From: Eledone cirrhosa
Taxonomy: Eukaryota
Assembly (NCBI GenBank): GCA_964016885.1
Contig: OZ024757.1
Span: 35,712,001-35,776,000, forward strand
Direction: 5' to 3'
DNA: 64,000 nucleotides
This document shows, piece after piece, positions 1 to 13,000 of this stretch. The position numbers and the translations under genes are program-made. The notes below the pieces were generated by a model that was not told the DNA's origin, did no database searches, and saw only the letters and a program-made list of their open reading frames with translations. Each line of letters opens with the position of its first letter. Position 1 is the stretch's first letter.

Positions 1-3000
1 ATCTCGCTCTCTCTCTGTCTTGTTTCATCTCGCTCTCTCTCTCTCTCCTGTTTCATCTCGCTCTCTACTCTCGTTTCCTCTCTCTCATTTCCTCTCTCTC
101 GTTTCCACTCTCTCGTTTCCTCTCTCTCTCGTTTCCTCTCTCTCTCGTTTCATCTAGCTCTCACTCTCTCGTTTCATCTCGCTCTCTCTCTCTCATTTCA
201 TCTCGCTCTCTCTCTCTCGTTTCATCTCGCTCTCTCTGTCTCGTTTCATCTCGCTCTCTCTCTCTCTCTCATTTCATCTCGCTCTCTCTGTCTCGTTTCA
301 TCCCGCTCTCTCTGTCTCGTTTCATCTCGCTCTCTCTCTCTCTCATTTCATCTCGCTCTCTCTCTCTCATTTCATCTCGTTCTCTCTCTCTCGTTTCATC
401 TCGCTCTCACTCTCTCATTTCATCTCGCTCTCTCTCTCTCGTTTGATCTCGCTCTCACTCTCTCTTCCTCTCTCTCACTTGTTTCAACACTTTAATCCCT
501 CACTTGTTTCATCTCTCTCTAATCCCTCACTTGTTTCATCTCTCTTAGAATTATTAGCCACAGGGGCAGAGATGTCCATAACATTACATGACAGATTTAT
601 TAGCCACAGGGGCAGAGATGTCCATAACATTACATGACGAATTTATTACCCACAGGGGCAGAGATGTCCATAACATTACATGACAGAATTATTAGCCACA
701 GGGGCAGAGATGTCCATAACATTACATGACAGAATTATTAGCCACAGGGGCAGAGATGGCCATAACATTACATGACAGAATTATTAGCCACAGGGGCAGA
801 GATGTCCATAACATTACATGACAATTATTAGCCCCTAGGGCAGATATGTCCATAACATTACATGACAGACTTTCATCTCGCGCTCTCTCTCGTTTCATCT
901 CGCGCTCTCTCTTCCTCTCTCTCGTTTCATCTCACTCTCTCTCTCTCTCGTTTCATCTCGCACTCTCTCTCTTCCTCTCTCTCGTTTCATCTTGCTCTCT
1001 CTCTCTCTCGTTTCATCTCTGTCTTCCTCTCTCTCGTTCCATCTCTCTCTTCCTCTCTCTCGTTCCATCTCTCTATTCCTCTCTCTCGTTTCATCTCTCT
1101 CTCTCGTTTCATCTCTATGTCCCTCGTTTCATCTGTCTCTCTCTCTGTCGTTTCATCTCCCTCTATCTCTCTCTCGCTCTCTCGTTTCATCTCTCTCTCC
1201 CTCTCGTTTCATCTCGCTCTCTCTCTCTCCTGTTTCATCTCGCTCTCTCTCTCCTGTTTCATCTCTCTCTCTACTCTCGTTTCCTCTCTCTCGTTTCCTC
1301 TCTCTCTCCTTTCCTTTCTCTCTCGTTTCATCTAGCTCTCAATCTCTCGTTTCATCTCGCCCTCTCTGTCTCGTTCCATCTCGCTCTCACTCTCTCCTTT
1401 CATCTCGCTCTCTCTCTCTCTCATTTCATCTCGCTCTCTCTCTCTCGTTTCATCTCGTTCTCTCTGTCTCGTTTCATCTCGCTCTCGCTCTCTCTGTCTC
1501 GTTTCATCCCGCTCTCTCTGTCTCGTTTCATCTCGCTCTCTCTCTCTCTCGCTTGATCTCGCTCTCACTCTCTCTTCCTCTCTCTTGTTTCAACACTCTA
1601 ATCCCTCACTTGTTTCATCTCTCTCTAATCCCTCACTTGTTTCATTTCTCTCAGAATTATTAACCACAGGGGCAGAGATGTCCATAACATTACAGGTCAG
1701 AATTATTAGCCACAGGGGCAGAGATGTCCATAACATTACATGACAGATTTATTAGCCACAGGGGCAGAGATGTCCATAACATTACATGACAGATTTATTA
1801 GCCATAGGGGCAGATATGCCCATAACATTACATGTCAGAATTATTAGCCACAGGGGCAGAGATGTCCATAACATTACATGACAGAATTATTAGCCACAGG
1901 GGCAGAGATGTGCATAACATTACATGACAGAATTATTAGCCACAGGGGCAGAGATGTCCATAACATTACATGACAATTATTAGCCCCAGGGGCAGATATG
2001 TCCATGACAGAGTTTCATCTCGCGCTCTCTCTCTTCCTCTCTCTCATTTCATCTCGATCTCTCTGTCTCGTTTCATCCCGCTCTCTCTGTCTCGTTTCAT
2101 CTCGCTCTCTCCCTCTCTCATTTCATCTCTCTCGCACTCTAACTCTTCCTCTCTCGTTTCATCTCGCGCTCTCTCTCTTCCTCTCTCTCGTTTCATCTCG
2201 CTCTCGGTCTCTCTCTCTCGTTTCATCTCGCGCTCTCTCTCTTCCTCTCTCTCGTTTCATCTCTCTCTCTCTCTCTCGTTTCATCTCTGTCTTCCTCTCT
2301 CTCGTTCCATCTCTCTCTTCCCCTCTCTCGTTCCATCTCTCTCTTCCTCTCTCTCGTTTCATCTCTCTCTCTCATTTCATCTCTATCTCCCTCGTTTCAT
2401 CTGTCTCTCTCTCTCTGTCATTTCATCTCCCTCTATCTCTCTCTCGCTCTCTCGTTTCATCTCTCTCTCCCTCTCGTTTCATCTCGCTCTCTCTCTCCTG
2501 TTTCATCTCGCTCTCTCTCTCTCCTGTTTCATCTCGCTCTCTACTCTCGTTTCCTCTATCTCGTTTCCTCTCTCTCGTTTCCTCTCTCTCTCGTTTCCTC
2601 TCTCTCTCGTTTCATCTCGCTCTCACACTCTCGTTTCATCTCGCTCTCTCTCTCTCTCATTTCATGTCGCTCTCTCTCTCTCTCGTTTCATCTCGCTCTG
2701 TCTGTCTCGTTTCATCTCGCTCTCTCTCTCTCTCATTTCATCTCGCTCTCTCTGTCTCGTTTCATCCCGCTCTCTCTGTCTCGTTTCATCTCGCTCTCTC
2801 TCTCTCATTTCATCTCGCTCTCTCTCTCTCATTTCATCTCGCTGTCTCTCTCTCTCGTTTCATCTCGCTCTCACTCTCTCATTTCATCTCGCTCTCACTC
2901 TCTCTTCCTCTCTCTCTCTTGTTTCAACACTCTAATCCCTCACTTGTTTCATCTCTCTCTAATCCCTCACTTGTTTCATCTCTCTCAGAATTATTAGCCA

Positions 3001-5225
3001 CAGGGGCAGAGATGTCCATAACGTTACATGTCAGATTTATTAGCCACAGGGGCAGAGATGTCCATAACATTACATGTCAGAATTATTAGCTACAGGGGCA
3101 GAGATGTCCATAATATTACATGACAGATTTATTAGCCACAGGGGCAGAGATGTCCATAACATTACATGACAATTATTAGCCCCAAAGGCAGATATGTCCA
3201 TAACATTACATGACAGACTTTCATCTCGCGCTCTCTCTCTCTCGTTTCATCTCGCTCTCTCTCTCTCTCGTTTCATCTCGCGCTCTCTCTCTTCCTCTCT
3301 CTCATTTCATCTCGCTCTCTCTCTCTCTCGTTTCATCTCTGTCTTCCTCTCTCTAGTTCCATCTCTCTCTTCCTCCCTCTCGTTCCATCTCTCTCTTCCT
3401 CTCTCTCGTTTCATCTCGCTCTCACTCTCTCGTTTCATCTCGCTCTCTCTCTCTCATTTCATCTCGCTCTCTCTCTCTCGTTTCATCTCGCTCTCTCTGT
3501 CTCGTTTCATCTCGCTCTCTCTCTCTCTCTCATTTCATCTCGCTCTCTCTGTCTCGTTTCATCCCGCTCTCTCTGTCTCGTTTCATCTCGCTCTCTCTCT
3601 CTCATTTCATCTCGCTCTCTCTCTCTCATTTCATCTCGCTCTCTCTCTCTCGTTTCATCTCGCTCTCACTCTCTCATTTCATCTCGCTCTCTCTCTCTCG
3701 TTTAATCTCGCTCTCACTCTCTCTTCCTCTCTCTTGTTTCAACACTCTAATCCCTCACTTGTTTCATCTCTCTCAGAATTATTAGCCACAGGGGCAGAGA
3801 TCTCCATAACATTACATGTCAGAATTATTAGCCACAGGGGCAGAGATGTCCATAACATTACATGTCAGAATTATTAGCCACAGGGGCAGAGATGTGCATA
3901 ACATTACATGACAGATTTATTAGCCACAGGGGCAGAGATGTCCATAACATTACATGACGAATTTATTAGCCACAGGGGCAGAGATGTCCATAACATTACA
4001 TGTCAGAATTATTAGCTACAGGGGCAGAGATGTCCATAACATTACATGTCAGAATTATTAGCCACAGGGGCAGAGATGTCCATAACATTACATGACAGAA
4101 TTATTAGCCACAGGGGCAGAGATGTCCATAACATTAGATGACAATTATTAGCCCCAGGGGCAGATATGTCCATGACAGAGTTTGATCTCGCGCTCTCTCT
4201 CTTCCTCTCTCTCGTTTCATCTCGCTCTCTCTCTCTCGTTTCATCTCGCTCTCTCGCTTCATCTCTCTCTCGTTTCATCTCGCTCTCTCTCTCCTGTTTC
4301 ATCTCGCTCTCTCTCTCTCCTGTTTCATCTCGCTCTCTCTCTCCTGTTTCATCTCGCTCTCTACTCTCGTTTCCTCTCTCTCGTTTCCTCTCTCTCTCGT
4401 TTCATCTCTCTCTCGTTTCATCTCGCTCTCACTCTCTTGTTTCATCTCGCTCTCTCACTCTCGTTTCATCTCGCTCTCTCTCTCTCGTTTCATCTCGCTC
4501 TCTCTCTCTCTCGTTTCATCCCGCTCTCTCTGTCTCGTTTCATCTCGCTCTCTCTCTCTCATTTCATCTCATCTCTCTCTCTCATTTCATCTCGCTCCCT
4601 CTCGTTTCATCTCGCTCTCAGTCTCTCGTTTCATCTCGCTCTCACTCTCTCGTTTCATCTCGCTCTCCCTGTCTCGTTTCATCTCGCTCTCTCTCTCTCA
4701 TTTCATCTCACTCTCTCTCTCTCATTTCATCTCGCTCTCTCTCTCTCTTCCTCTCTCTCTCTCTTGTTTCAACACTCTAATCCCTCACTTGTTTCATCTC
4801 TCTCTAATCCCTCACTTGTTTCATCTCTCTCTTGTTTCAATTCTTTCTCTCTCTCTCTCTCTCTTTCTCTCCCCTCTCTCTTTCTCTCCCCTCTCTCTCT
4901 TGTTTCATCCCTCACCCTCTTGTTTCATCCCCCTCTCTCTTGTTTCATCCCCCTCTCTCCCTCTCTCTCTATTCCCCTCTCTTCCTCTCTCTTCCTCTCT
5001 CTCTCTCTTTCACACTATCTCCAACTCGTTTCATCACTCTCTCCCCTCTCTCCCCTCACCCTCTTGTTTCAACTCTCTCCTCGTTTCAACTCTCTCTCTC
5101 TCCTCTCTTGTTTCAACTCTCTCACCTCTCGTTTCAACTCTCTCTCTCTCTCGTTCCAACTCTCTCTCTCTCACCTCTCGTTACAACTCTCTCTCTCTCA
5201 CCTCTCGTTACAACTCTCTCTCTCT
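1..5225 (+). repeat. Hierarchical CT-rich/46-bp composite satellite, block 1 (forward)
   Basis: (CT)n-GTTTCATCTCG words interrupted by the linker TTGTTTCAACACTCTAATCCCTCACTTGTTTCATCTCTCT and arrays of the 46-mer GAATTATTAGCCACAGGGGCAGAGATGTCCATAACATTACATGACA at about 548-868, 1654-2010, 2988-3217 and 3776-4177. Period checked (548 to 594 = 46). Ends in a divergent GTTTCAAC/GTTACAAC zone at 4830-5225. Confidence 0.95.
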
Positions 5226-5431
5226 GTGTCTCCAATGTGTAATAAACCGTGACTCATATATATATACAGAAGAATGTACATAAACACACATACATACACG
5301 CATGTGTATATATATATACATACATGTGTCTCTCTCTCTCCCTATATATATGTACATATGTGTAAATATGTACATACATATTAGTGTATATATATTGCTA
5401 TCTATATGCATATTTGTATAATTATACTGTA

Positions 5432-5602
5432 TGGTGAATTGGCAGTATCGGTAGAGGGTCTGACGCCATGCTTTCCAGCATAGTTACGTCCCTTTACGAT
5501 CCGAGGTCAACTTTGCCTTTCATCCTTACGGGGTCGATAAAATAAAGTACCAGTAATGTACTGGTTAATTACTGACCTTGTGCCTAAAATAGAAACAATT
5601 AT
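5432..5602 (+). mobile_element. tRNA-derived SINE fragment (B-box region deleted)
   Basis: A-box-like TGGCAGTATCGGTAG, then GGTCAACTTTGCCTTTCATCC...GGTCGATAAAATAAAGTACCAGT; homologous to the SINE at 6276-6443. Confidence 0.75.
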
Positions 5603-6159
5603 TAGTTCAAAGAGAAACCACCATCATAGAGAAACCACCATCCTACCTGAAATATTATGTTCTCATATTAAATATTTCTTATACTGTCATGTTTTTTCTT
5701 TAAAACGATTGCATCTCAATAAAGTGAAGAAAACTATTATATACTGTTGTTATATCATTATACTTTAGTTTTAACTTATTATTTCTATGTGTATAAATAT
5801 AACGTATGTAAGTGTGTTTGAAAATATATAATAGTAATATGCATGTTTGAAGCAGGGTTCAACTGAAATATCTACACCGGTAACTTAATTAGTGTTACAC
5901 CTTAGGCATAAACTATTTGGCATTCTTTGAAGGAGGTACTAGGTTTTTCACTGTCTTAAATGGAGTATACACGCGCACACAATGCATATATATAAATTGT
6001 TTTTCTCTGTACAAAGAGATTGACATCATTTCTTAAATCATTATTTAGGGTTTTACAACAAAACATATTGTATGTGTAATTATACAAATTGAATTTAAGT
6101 ATTTATTTTAAAATTTTACATACACTTTAGTAGTATATATATATATATATATATATATA

Positions 6160-7015
6160 TTCATTTGTGATGCCATGCATTGTATTGTACACTTCGACAT
6201 ATGGATTACATTCATGCAACACTTCTCTTATCATAGCCATTTTTTGTGGTGAGCAGTCATTATTTGTTGGTACTAGGGCAGTGGATTGGCAGTATCGGTA
6301 GAGCGCCAGACACCATGCTTTACAGCATAGGGTTATGGCCATTTACGTTCTGGGTTCAAATCCCTCCAAGGTTGACTTTGTTTTCATCCTTATGAGGTCG
6401 ATAGAATAAAGTACCAGTAATTGCTGGCCTTGTGCCAGAAACAATTATTTGGTTGTACTTCCAATCTGTGCTACATACCTTCGTTCCCATCAATAATATA
6501 TAACTGGCCATATTGTGGTGTATTTTCTGCAGGTTACAGAGATGGGGGTGTAGTGATATGTTTGACTCTGAATATGAAAGCTATACGGGCCTCTGCCGGG
6601 TGGTAACACCAAATGAAGTGAAATAAATGTAGTTTTAATTGCAGATGTTTCTGTGAAATCAACTGCTTCCTGGCCTCTTTCAAAGAGATTTCTCAGTCTC
6701 TCAGGGTATATTTGCAATGGTGGCAACACAACCTTTCCTTTATTACAACAGTTACAATTTTCATTTCTAAATTTCAAAGCTCCACAGTGATCACACGAAA
6801 CATTCATATCACTAATATGAAATTCTTCTACATTTCCATTAATATTAATTGTTGGCCAATTTCTCTTACGACGCTCATTATCCATTCTTCTCTGTCTGAA
6901 TGTTTTCCATTCTAAGTCTATTTGCATGGAATAATTATATTCTGTTGTTTATTATGTAATTAAATAGCTCTGTACAATACATAGAGCATTCTTCTTTTCT
7001 TTACCTTTTCTATGG
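6160..7015 (-). pseudogene. Helitron Rep-helicase N-terminal fragment, copy A
   Basis: ORF 6490-6927 has CDHCGALKF..ENCNCCNKGKVVLPPL (Helitron N-terminal Cys cluster) and PPGRGPYSFHI; ORF 6127-6342 has REVLHECNPYVEVY. Frameshifted, interrupted by a SINE, truncated by (TA)n at about 6133-6160 and joined to satellite at about 7016. Confidence 0.85.
6276..6443 (+). mobile_element. tRNA-derived SINE inserted in Helitron copy A
   Basis: A-box-like TGGCAGTATCGGTAG, B-box GGTTCAAATCC, 3' TAAAGTACCAGT; flanked by imperfect direct repeats ATTATTTGTTGGTACT (6259-6274) and ATTATTTGGTTGTACT (6444-6459). Confidence 0.85.
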
Positions 7016-10000
7016 AAACGAGAGAGAGAGAGCGAGATGAAATGAGAGAGAGAGAGCGAGATGAAACGAGAGAGTGAGAGCTAAATGAAACGAGAGAGAG
7101 AGGAAACGAGAGAGAGAGGAAACGAGAGAGAGGAAACGAGAGTAGAGAGCGAGATGAAACAGGAGAGAGAGAGAGCGAGATGAAACAGGAGAGAGAGAGC
7201 GAGTTGAAACGAGAGGGAGAGAGAGATGAAACGAGAGAGCGAGAGAGAGATAGAGGGAGATGAAACGACAGAGAGAGAGACAGATGAAACGAGGGAGATA
7301 GAGATGAAACGAGAGAGAGAGATGAAACGAGAGAGAGGAAGAGAGAGAACGCGTGATGAAACGAGAGAGAGAGAGAGAGAGAGATGAAACGAGAGAGAGG
7401 AAGAGAGAGAGCGCGAGATGAAACGAGAGAGAGAGAGCGAGATGAAATGAGAGAGTGAGAGTGAGATGAAACGAGAGAGAGAGAGCGGGATGAAACGAGA
7501 CAGAGAGATCGAGATGAAATGAGAGACAGAGAGAGCGAGATGAAACGAGAGAGTGAGAACTAGATGAAACGAGAGAGAGATGGAACGAGAGTAGAGAGCG
7601 AGATTAAACAGGAGAGAGAGAGCGAGATGAAACAGGAGTGAGAGAGCGAGATGAAACGAGAGGGAGGTAGAGATGAAACGGGAGAGCGAGTGAGAGATAG
7701 AGGGAGATGAAATGACAGAGAGAGAGACAGATGAAACGAGGGAGATAGAGATGAAACGAGAGAGAGAGAGCGAGATGGAACGAGACAGAGAGAGCGAGAT
7801 GAAACGAGAGAGTGAGAGCTAGATGAAACGAGAGAGAGATGGAACGAGAGAGAGAGAAAGAGAGAGATGGAACGAGAGAGAGGAAGACAAAGTTGAAACG
7901 AGAGAGAGAGAGCGAGATGAAACGAGAGAGAAGAAGAGAGAGAGCGCGAGATGAAACAAGAGAGAGAGAGAGAGCGAGATGAAACGAGAGAGAGGAAGAG
8001 AGAGAGCGCGAGATGAAACGAGAGAGAGAGAGCGTGAGATGTAAGTCTGTCATGTAATGTTATGGACATATCTGCCCTTGGGGCTAATAATTGTCATGTA
8101 ATGTTATGGACATATCTGCCCCTGTGGCTAATAATTCTGTCATGTAATGTTATGGACATCTCTGCCCCTGTGGCTAACAATTATGTCATGTAATGTTATG
8201 GACATCTCTGCCCCTGTGGCTAATAATTCTGTCATGTAATGTTATGGACATCTCTGCCCCTGTGGCTAATAAATTCGTCATGTAATGTTATGGACATCTC
8301 TGCCCCTGTGGCTAATAATTCTGCCATGTAATGTTATGGACATCTCTGCCCCTGTGGCTAATAATTCTGAGAGAGATGAAACAAGTGAGGGATAAGAGAG
8401 AGATGAAACAAGTGAGGGATTAGAGTGTTGAAACAAGAGAGAGAGAGGAAAAGAGAGTGAGAGCGAGATCAAACGAGAGAGAGAGAGAGCGAGATGAAAT
8501 GAGAGAGTGAGAGCGAGATGAAACGAGAGAGAGAGAGCGAGATGAAATGAGAGAGAGGGAGCGAGATGAAATGAGAGAGAGAGAGCGAGATGAAACGAGA
8601 CAGAGAGAGCGGGATGAAACGAGACAGAGAGAGCGAGATGAAATGAGAGAGAGAGAGCGAGATGAAATGAGAGAGAGAGAGCGAGATGAAACGAGAGAGT
8701 GAGAGCTAGAGGAAACGAGAGAGAGAGGAAACGAGAGAGAGAGGAAACGAGAGAGAGGATACGAGAGAGAGGAAACGAGAGTAGAGAGCGAGATGAAACA
8801 GGAGAGAGAGAGCGAGATAAAACGAGAGGGAGAGAGAGATGAAACGAGAGAGCGAGAGAGAGATAGAGGGAGATGAAACGACAGAGAGAGAGACAGATGA
8901 AACGAGGGAGATAGAGTTGAAACGAGAGAGAGAGATGAAACGAGAGAGAGGAAGAGAGAGATGGAACGAGAGAGAGGAAGACAGAGATGAAACGAGAGAG
9001 AGAGAGAGCAAGATAAAACGAGAGAGAGGAAGAGAGAGAGTGCGAGATGAAACGAGAAAGAGAGAGAGTGAGATGAAACGAGAGAGAGGAAGAGAGAGAG
9101 AGCGAGATGAAACGAGAGAGCGCGAGATGAAAGTCTGTCATGTAATGTTATGGACATATCTGCCCTAGGGGCTAATAATTGTCATGTAATGTTATGGACA
9201 TCTCTGCCCCTGTGGCTAATAATTCTGCCATGTAATGTTATGGCCATCTCTGTCCCTGTGGCTAATAATTCTGTCATGTAATGTTATGGACATCTCTGCC
9301 CCTGTGGCTAATAAATTCGTCATGTAATGTTATGGACATCTCTGCCCCTGTGGCTAATAAATCTGTCATGTAATGTTATGGACATCTCTGCCCCTGTGGC
9401 TAATAATTCTGACATGTAATGTTATGGACATCTCTGCCCCTGTGGCTAATAATTCTGACATGTAACGTTATGGACATCTCTGCCCCTGTGGCTAATAAAA
9501 CTGAGAGAGATGAAACAAGTGAGGGATTAGAGAGAGATGAAACAAGTGAGGGATTAAAGTGTTGAAACAAGAGAGAGAGAGGAAGAGAGAGTGAGAGCGA
9601 GATCAAACGAGAGAGAGAGAGCGAGATGAAATGAGAGAGTGAGAGCGAGATGAAACGAGAGAGAGAGAGCGAGATGAAATGAGAGAGAGAGAGTGAGATG
9701 AAATGAGAGAGAGAGAGCGAGAGGAAACGAGACAGAGAGAGCGGGATGAAACGAGACAGAGAGAGCGAGATGAAATGAGAGACAGAGAGAGCGAGATGAA
9801 ACGAGACAGAGACAGCGAGATGAAATGAGAGAGAGAGAGCGAGATGAAATGAGAGAGAGAGAGCGAGATGAAACGAGAGAGTGAGAGCTACATGAAACGA
9901 GAGAGAGAGGAAACGAGAGAGAGGAAACGAGAGTAGAGAGCGAGATGAGACAGGAGAGAGAGAGAGAGCGAGATGAAACAGGAGAGAGAGTGCGAGATGA

Positions 10001-13000
10001 AACGAGAGGGAGAGAGAGATGAAACGAGAGAGCAAGAGAGAGATAGAGGGAGATGAAACGACAGAGAGAGAGACAGATGAAACGAGGGAGATAGAGATGA
10101 AACGAGAGAGAGAGATGAAACGAGAGAGAGGAAGAGAGAGATGGAACGAGAGAGAGGAAGAGAGAGATGGAACGAGAGAGAGGAAGACAGAGATGAAACG
10201 ACAGAGAGAGAGATCGAGGTGAAACGAGAGAGAGGAAGAGAGAGAGCGCGTGATGAAACGAGAGAGAGAGAGGGAGCGAGATGAAACGAGAGAGAGGAAG
10301 AGAGAGAGAGCGCGAGATGAAACGAGAGAGAGAGAGCGCGAGATGAAATGAGAGAGTGAGAGTGAGATGAAACGAGAGAGAGAGAGCGAGATGAAATGAG
10401 AGAGAGAGAGCGAGATGAAAAGAGACAGAAAGAGCGGGATGAAACGAGACAGAGAGATCGAGATGACATGAGAGACAGAGAGAGCGAGATGAAACGAGAG
10501 AGTGAGAGCGAGATGGAACGAGACAGAGAGAGCGAGATGAAACGAGAGAGTGTGAGCTAGATGAAACGAGAGAGAGATGGAACGAGAGTAGAGAGCGAGA
10601 TGAAACAGGAGAGAGAGAGCGAGATGAAACAGGAGTGAGAGAGCGAGATGAAACGAGAGAGAGGGAGAGATGAAACGAGAGAGCGAGAGAGAGATAGAGG
10701 GAGATGAAACGACAGAGAGAGAGACAGATGAAACGAGGGAGATAGAGATGAAACGAGAGAGCGAGATGAAACGAGAGAGAAATGGAACGAGAGAGAGAGG
10801 AAGAGAGAAATGGAACGAGAGAGAGGAAGACAAAGATGAAACGAGAGAGAGAGAGAGAGCGAGATGAAACGAGAGAGAGGAAAAGAGAGAGCGCGAGATG
10901 AAACGAGAGAGAGAGAGAGCGAGATGAAACGAGAGAGAGGAAGAGAGAGAGGGCGAGATGAAACGAGAGAGAGAGAGCGCGAGATGAAAGTCTGTCATGT
11001 AATGTTATGGACATATCTGCCCTTGGGGCTAATAATTGTCATGTAATGTTATGGACATATCTGCCCTTGGGGCTAATAATTGTCATGTAATGTTATGTAC
11101 ATCTCTGCCCCTGTGGCTAATAATTCTGTCATGTAATGTTATGGACATCTCTGCCCCTGTGGCTAATAATTCTGTCATGTAATGTTATGGACATCTCTGC
11201 CCCTGTGGCTAATAAATTCGTCATGTAATGTTATGGACATCTCTGCCCCTGTGGCTAATAAATCTGAGAGAGATGAAACAAGTGAGGGATTAGAGTGTTG
11301 AAACAAGAGAGAGAGAGGAAGAGAGAGTGAGAGCGAGATCAAACGAGAGAGAGAGAGCGAGATGAAATGAGAGAGTGAGAGCGAGATGAAACGAGAGAGA
11401 GAGAGCGAGATGAAATGAGAGAGAGAGAGCGAGATGAAATGAGAGAGAGAGAGCGAGATGAAACGAGAGAGTGAGAGCTAGATGAAACGAGAGAGAGAGG
11501 AAACGAGAGAGAGAGGAAACGAGAGAGAGGAAACGAAAGAGAGGAAACGAGAGAGAGGAAACGAGAGTAGAGAGCGAGATGAAACAGGAGAGAGAGAGCG
11601 AGATGAAACGAGAGGGAGAGAGAGATGAAACGAGAGAGCGAGAGAGAGATAGAGGGAGATGAAACGACAGAGAGAGAGACAGATGAAACGAGGGAGATAG
11701 AGATGAAACGAGAGAGAGGAAGAGAGAGATGGAACGAGAGACAGGAAGAGAGAGATGGAACGAGAGAGAGGAAGACAGAGATGAAACGAGAGAGAGAGAG
11801 AGAGAGAGAGATGAAACGAGAGAGAGGAAGAGAGAGAACGCGTGATGAAACGAGAGAGAGAGAGAGAGAGCGAGATGAAACGAGAGAGAGGAAGAGAGAG
11901 AGCGCGAGATGAAACGAGAGAGAGAGAACGAGATGAAATGAGAGAGTGAGAGTGAGATGAAACGAGAGAGAGGGAGCGGGATGAAACGAGACAGAGAGAT
12001 CGAGATGAAATGAGAGACAGAGAGAGCGAGATGAAACGAGAGAGTGAGAGCTAGATGAAACGAGAGAGAGATGGAACGAGAGTAGAGAGCGAGATTAAAC
12101 AGGAGAGAGAGAGCGAGATGAAACAGGAGTGAGAGAGCGAGATGAAACGAGAGGGAGGTAGAGATGAAACGAGAGAGCGAGAGAGGGATAGAGGGAGATG
12201 AAACGACAGAGAGAGAGACAGATGAAACGAGGGAGATAGAGATGAAACGAGAGAGAGAGAGCGAGATGGAACGAGACAGAGAGAGCGAGATGAAACGAGA
12301 GAGTGAGAGCTAGATGAAACGAGAGAGAGATGGAACGAGAGAGAGAGGAAGAGAGAGATGGAACCGAGAGAGAGGAAGACAAAGTTGAAACGAGAGAGAG
12401 AGAGAGCGAGATGAAACGAGAGAGAAGAAGAGAGAGAGCGTGAGATGAAACGAGAGAGAGAGAGAGAGCGAGATGAAACGAGAGAGAGGAAGAGAGAGAA
12501 CGCGAGATGAAACGAGAGAGAGAGAGCGTGAGATGTAAGTCTGTCATGTAATGTTATGGACATATCTGCCCTTGGGGCTAATAATTGTCATGTAATGTTA
12601 TGGACATATCTGCCCCTGTGGCTAATAATTCTGTCATGTAATGTTATGGAGATCTCTGCCCCTGTGGCTAATAATTATGTCATGTAATGTTATGGACATC
12701 TCTGCCCCTGTGGCTAATAATTCTGTCATGTAATGTTATGGACATCTCTGCCCCTGTGGCTAATAAATTCGTCATGTAATGTTATGGATATCTCTGCCTC
12801 TGTGGCTAATAAATCTGTCATCTAATGTTATGGACATCTCTGCCCCTGTGGCTAATAATTCTGACATGTAATGTTATGGACATCTCTGCCCCTGTGGCTA
12901 ATAATTCTGTCATGTAATGTTATGGACATCTCTGCCCCTGTGGCTAATAAATCTGACATGTAATGTTATGGACATCTGTGGCTAATAATTCTGAGAGAGA

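Noticed and set aside
6276-6370. tRNA gene
   Set aside because: A and B boxes are present but followed by a SINE body and tail with flanking direct repeats; called a SINE.
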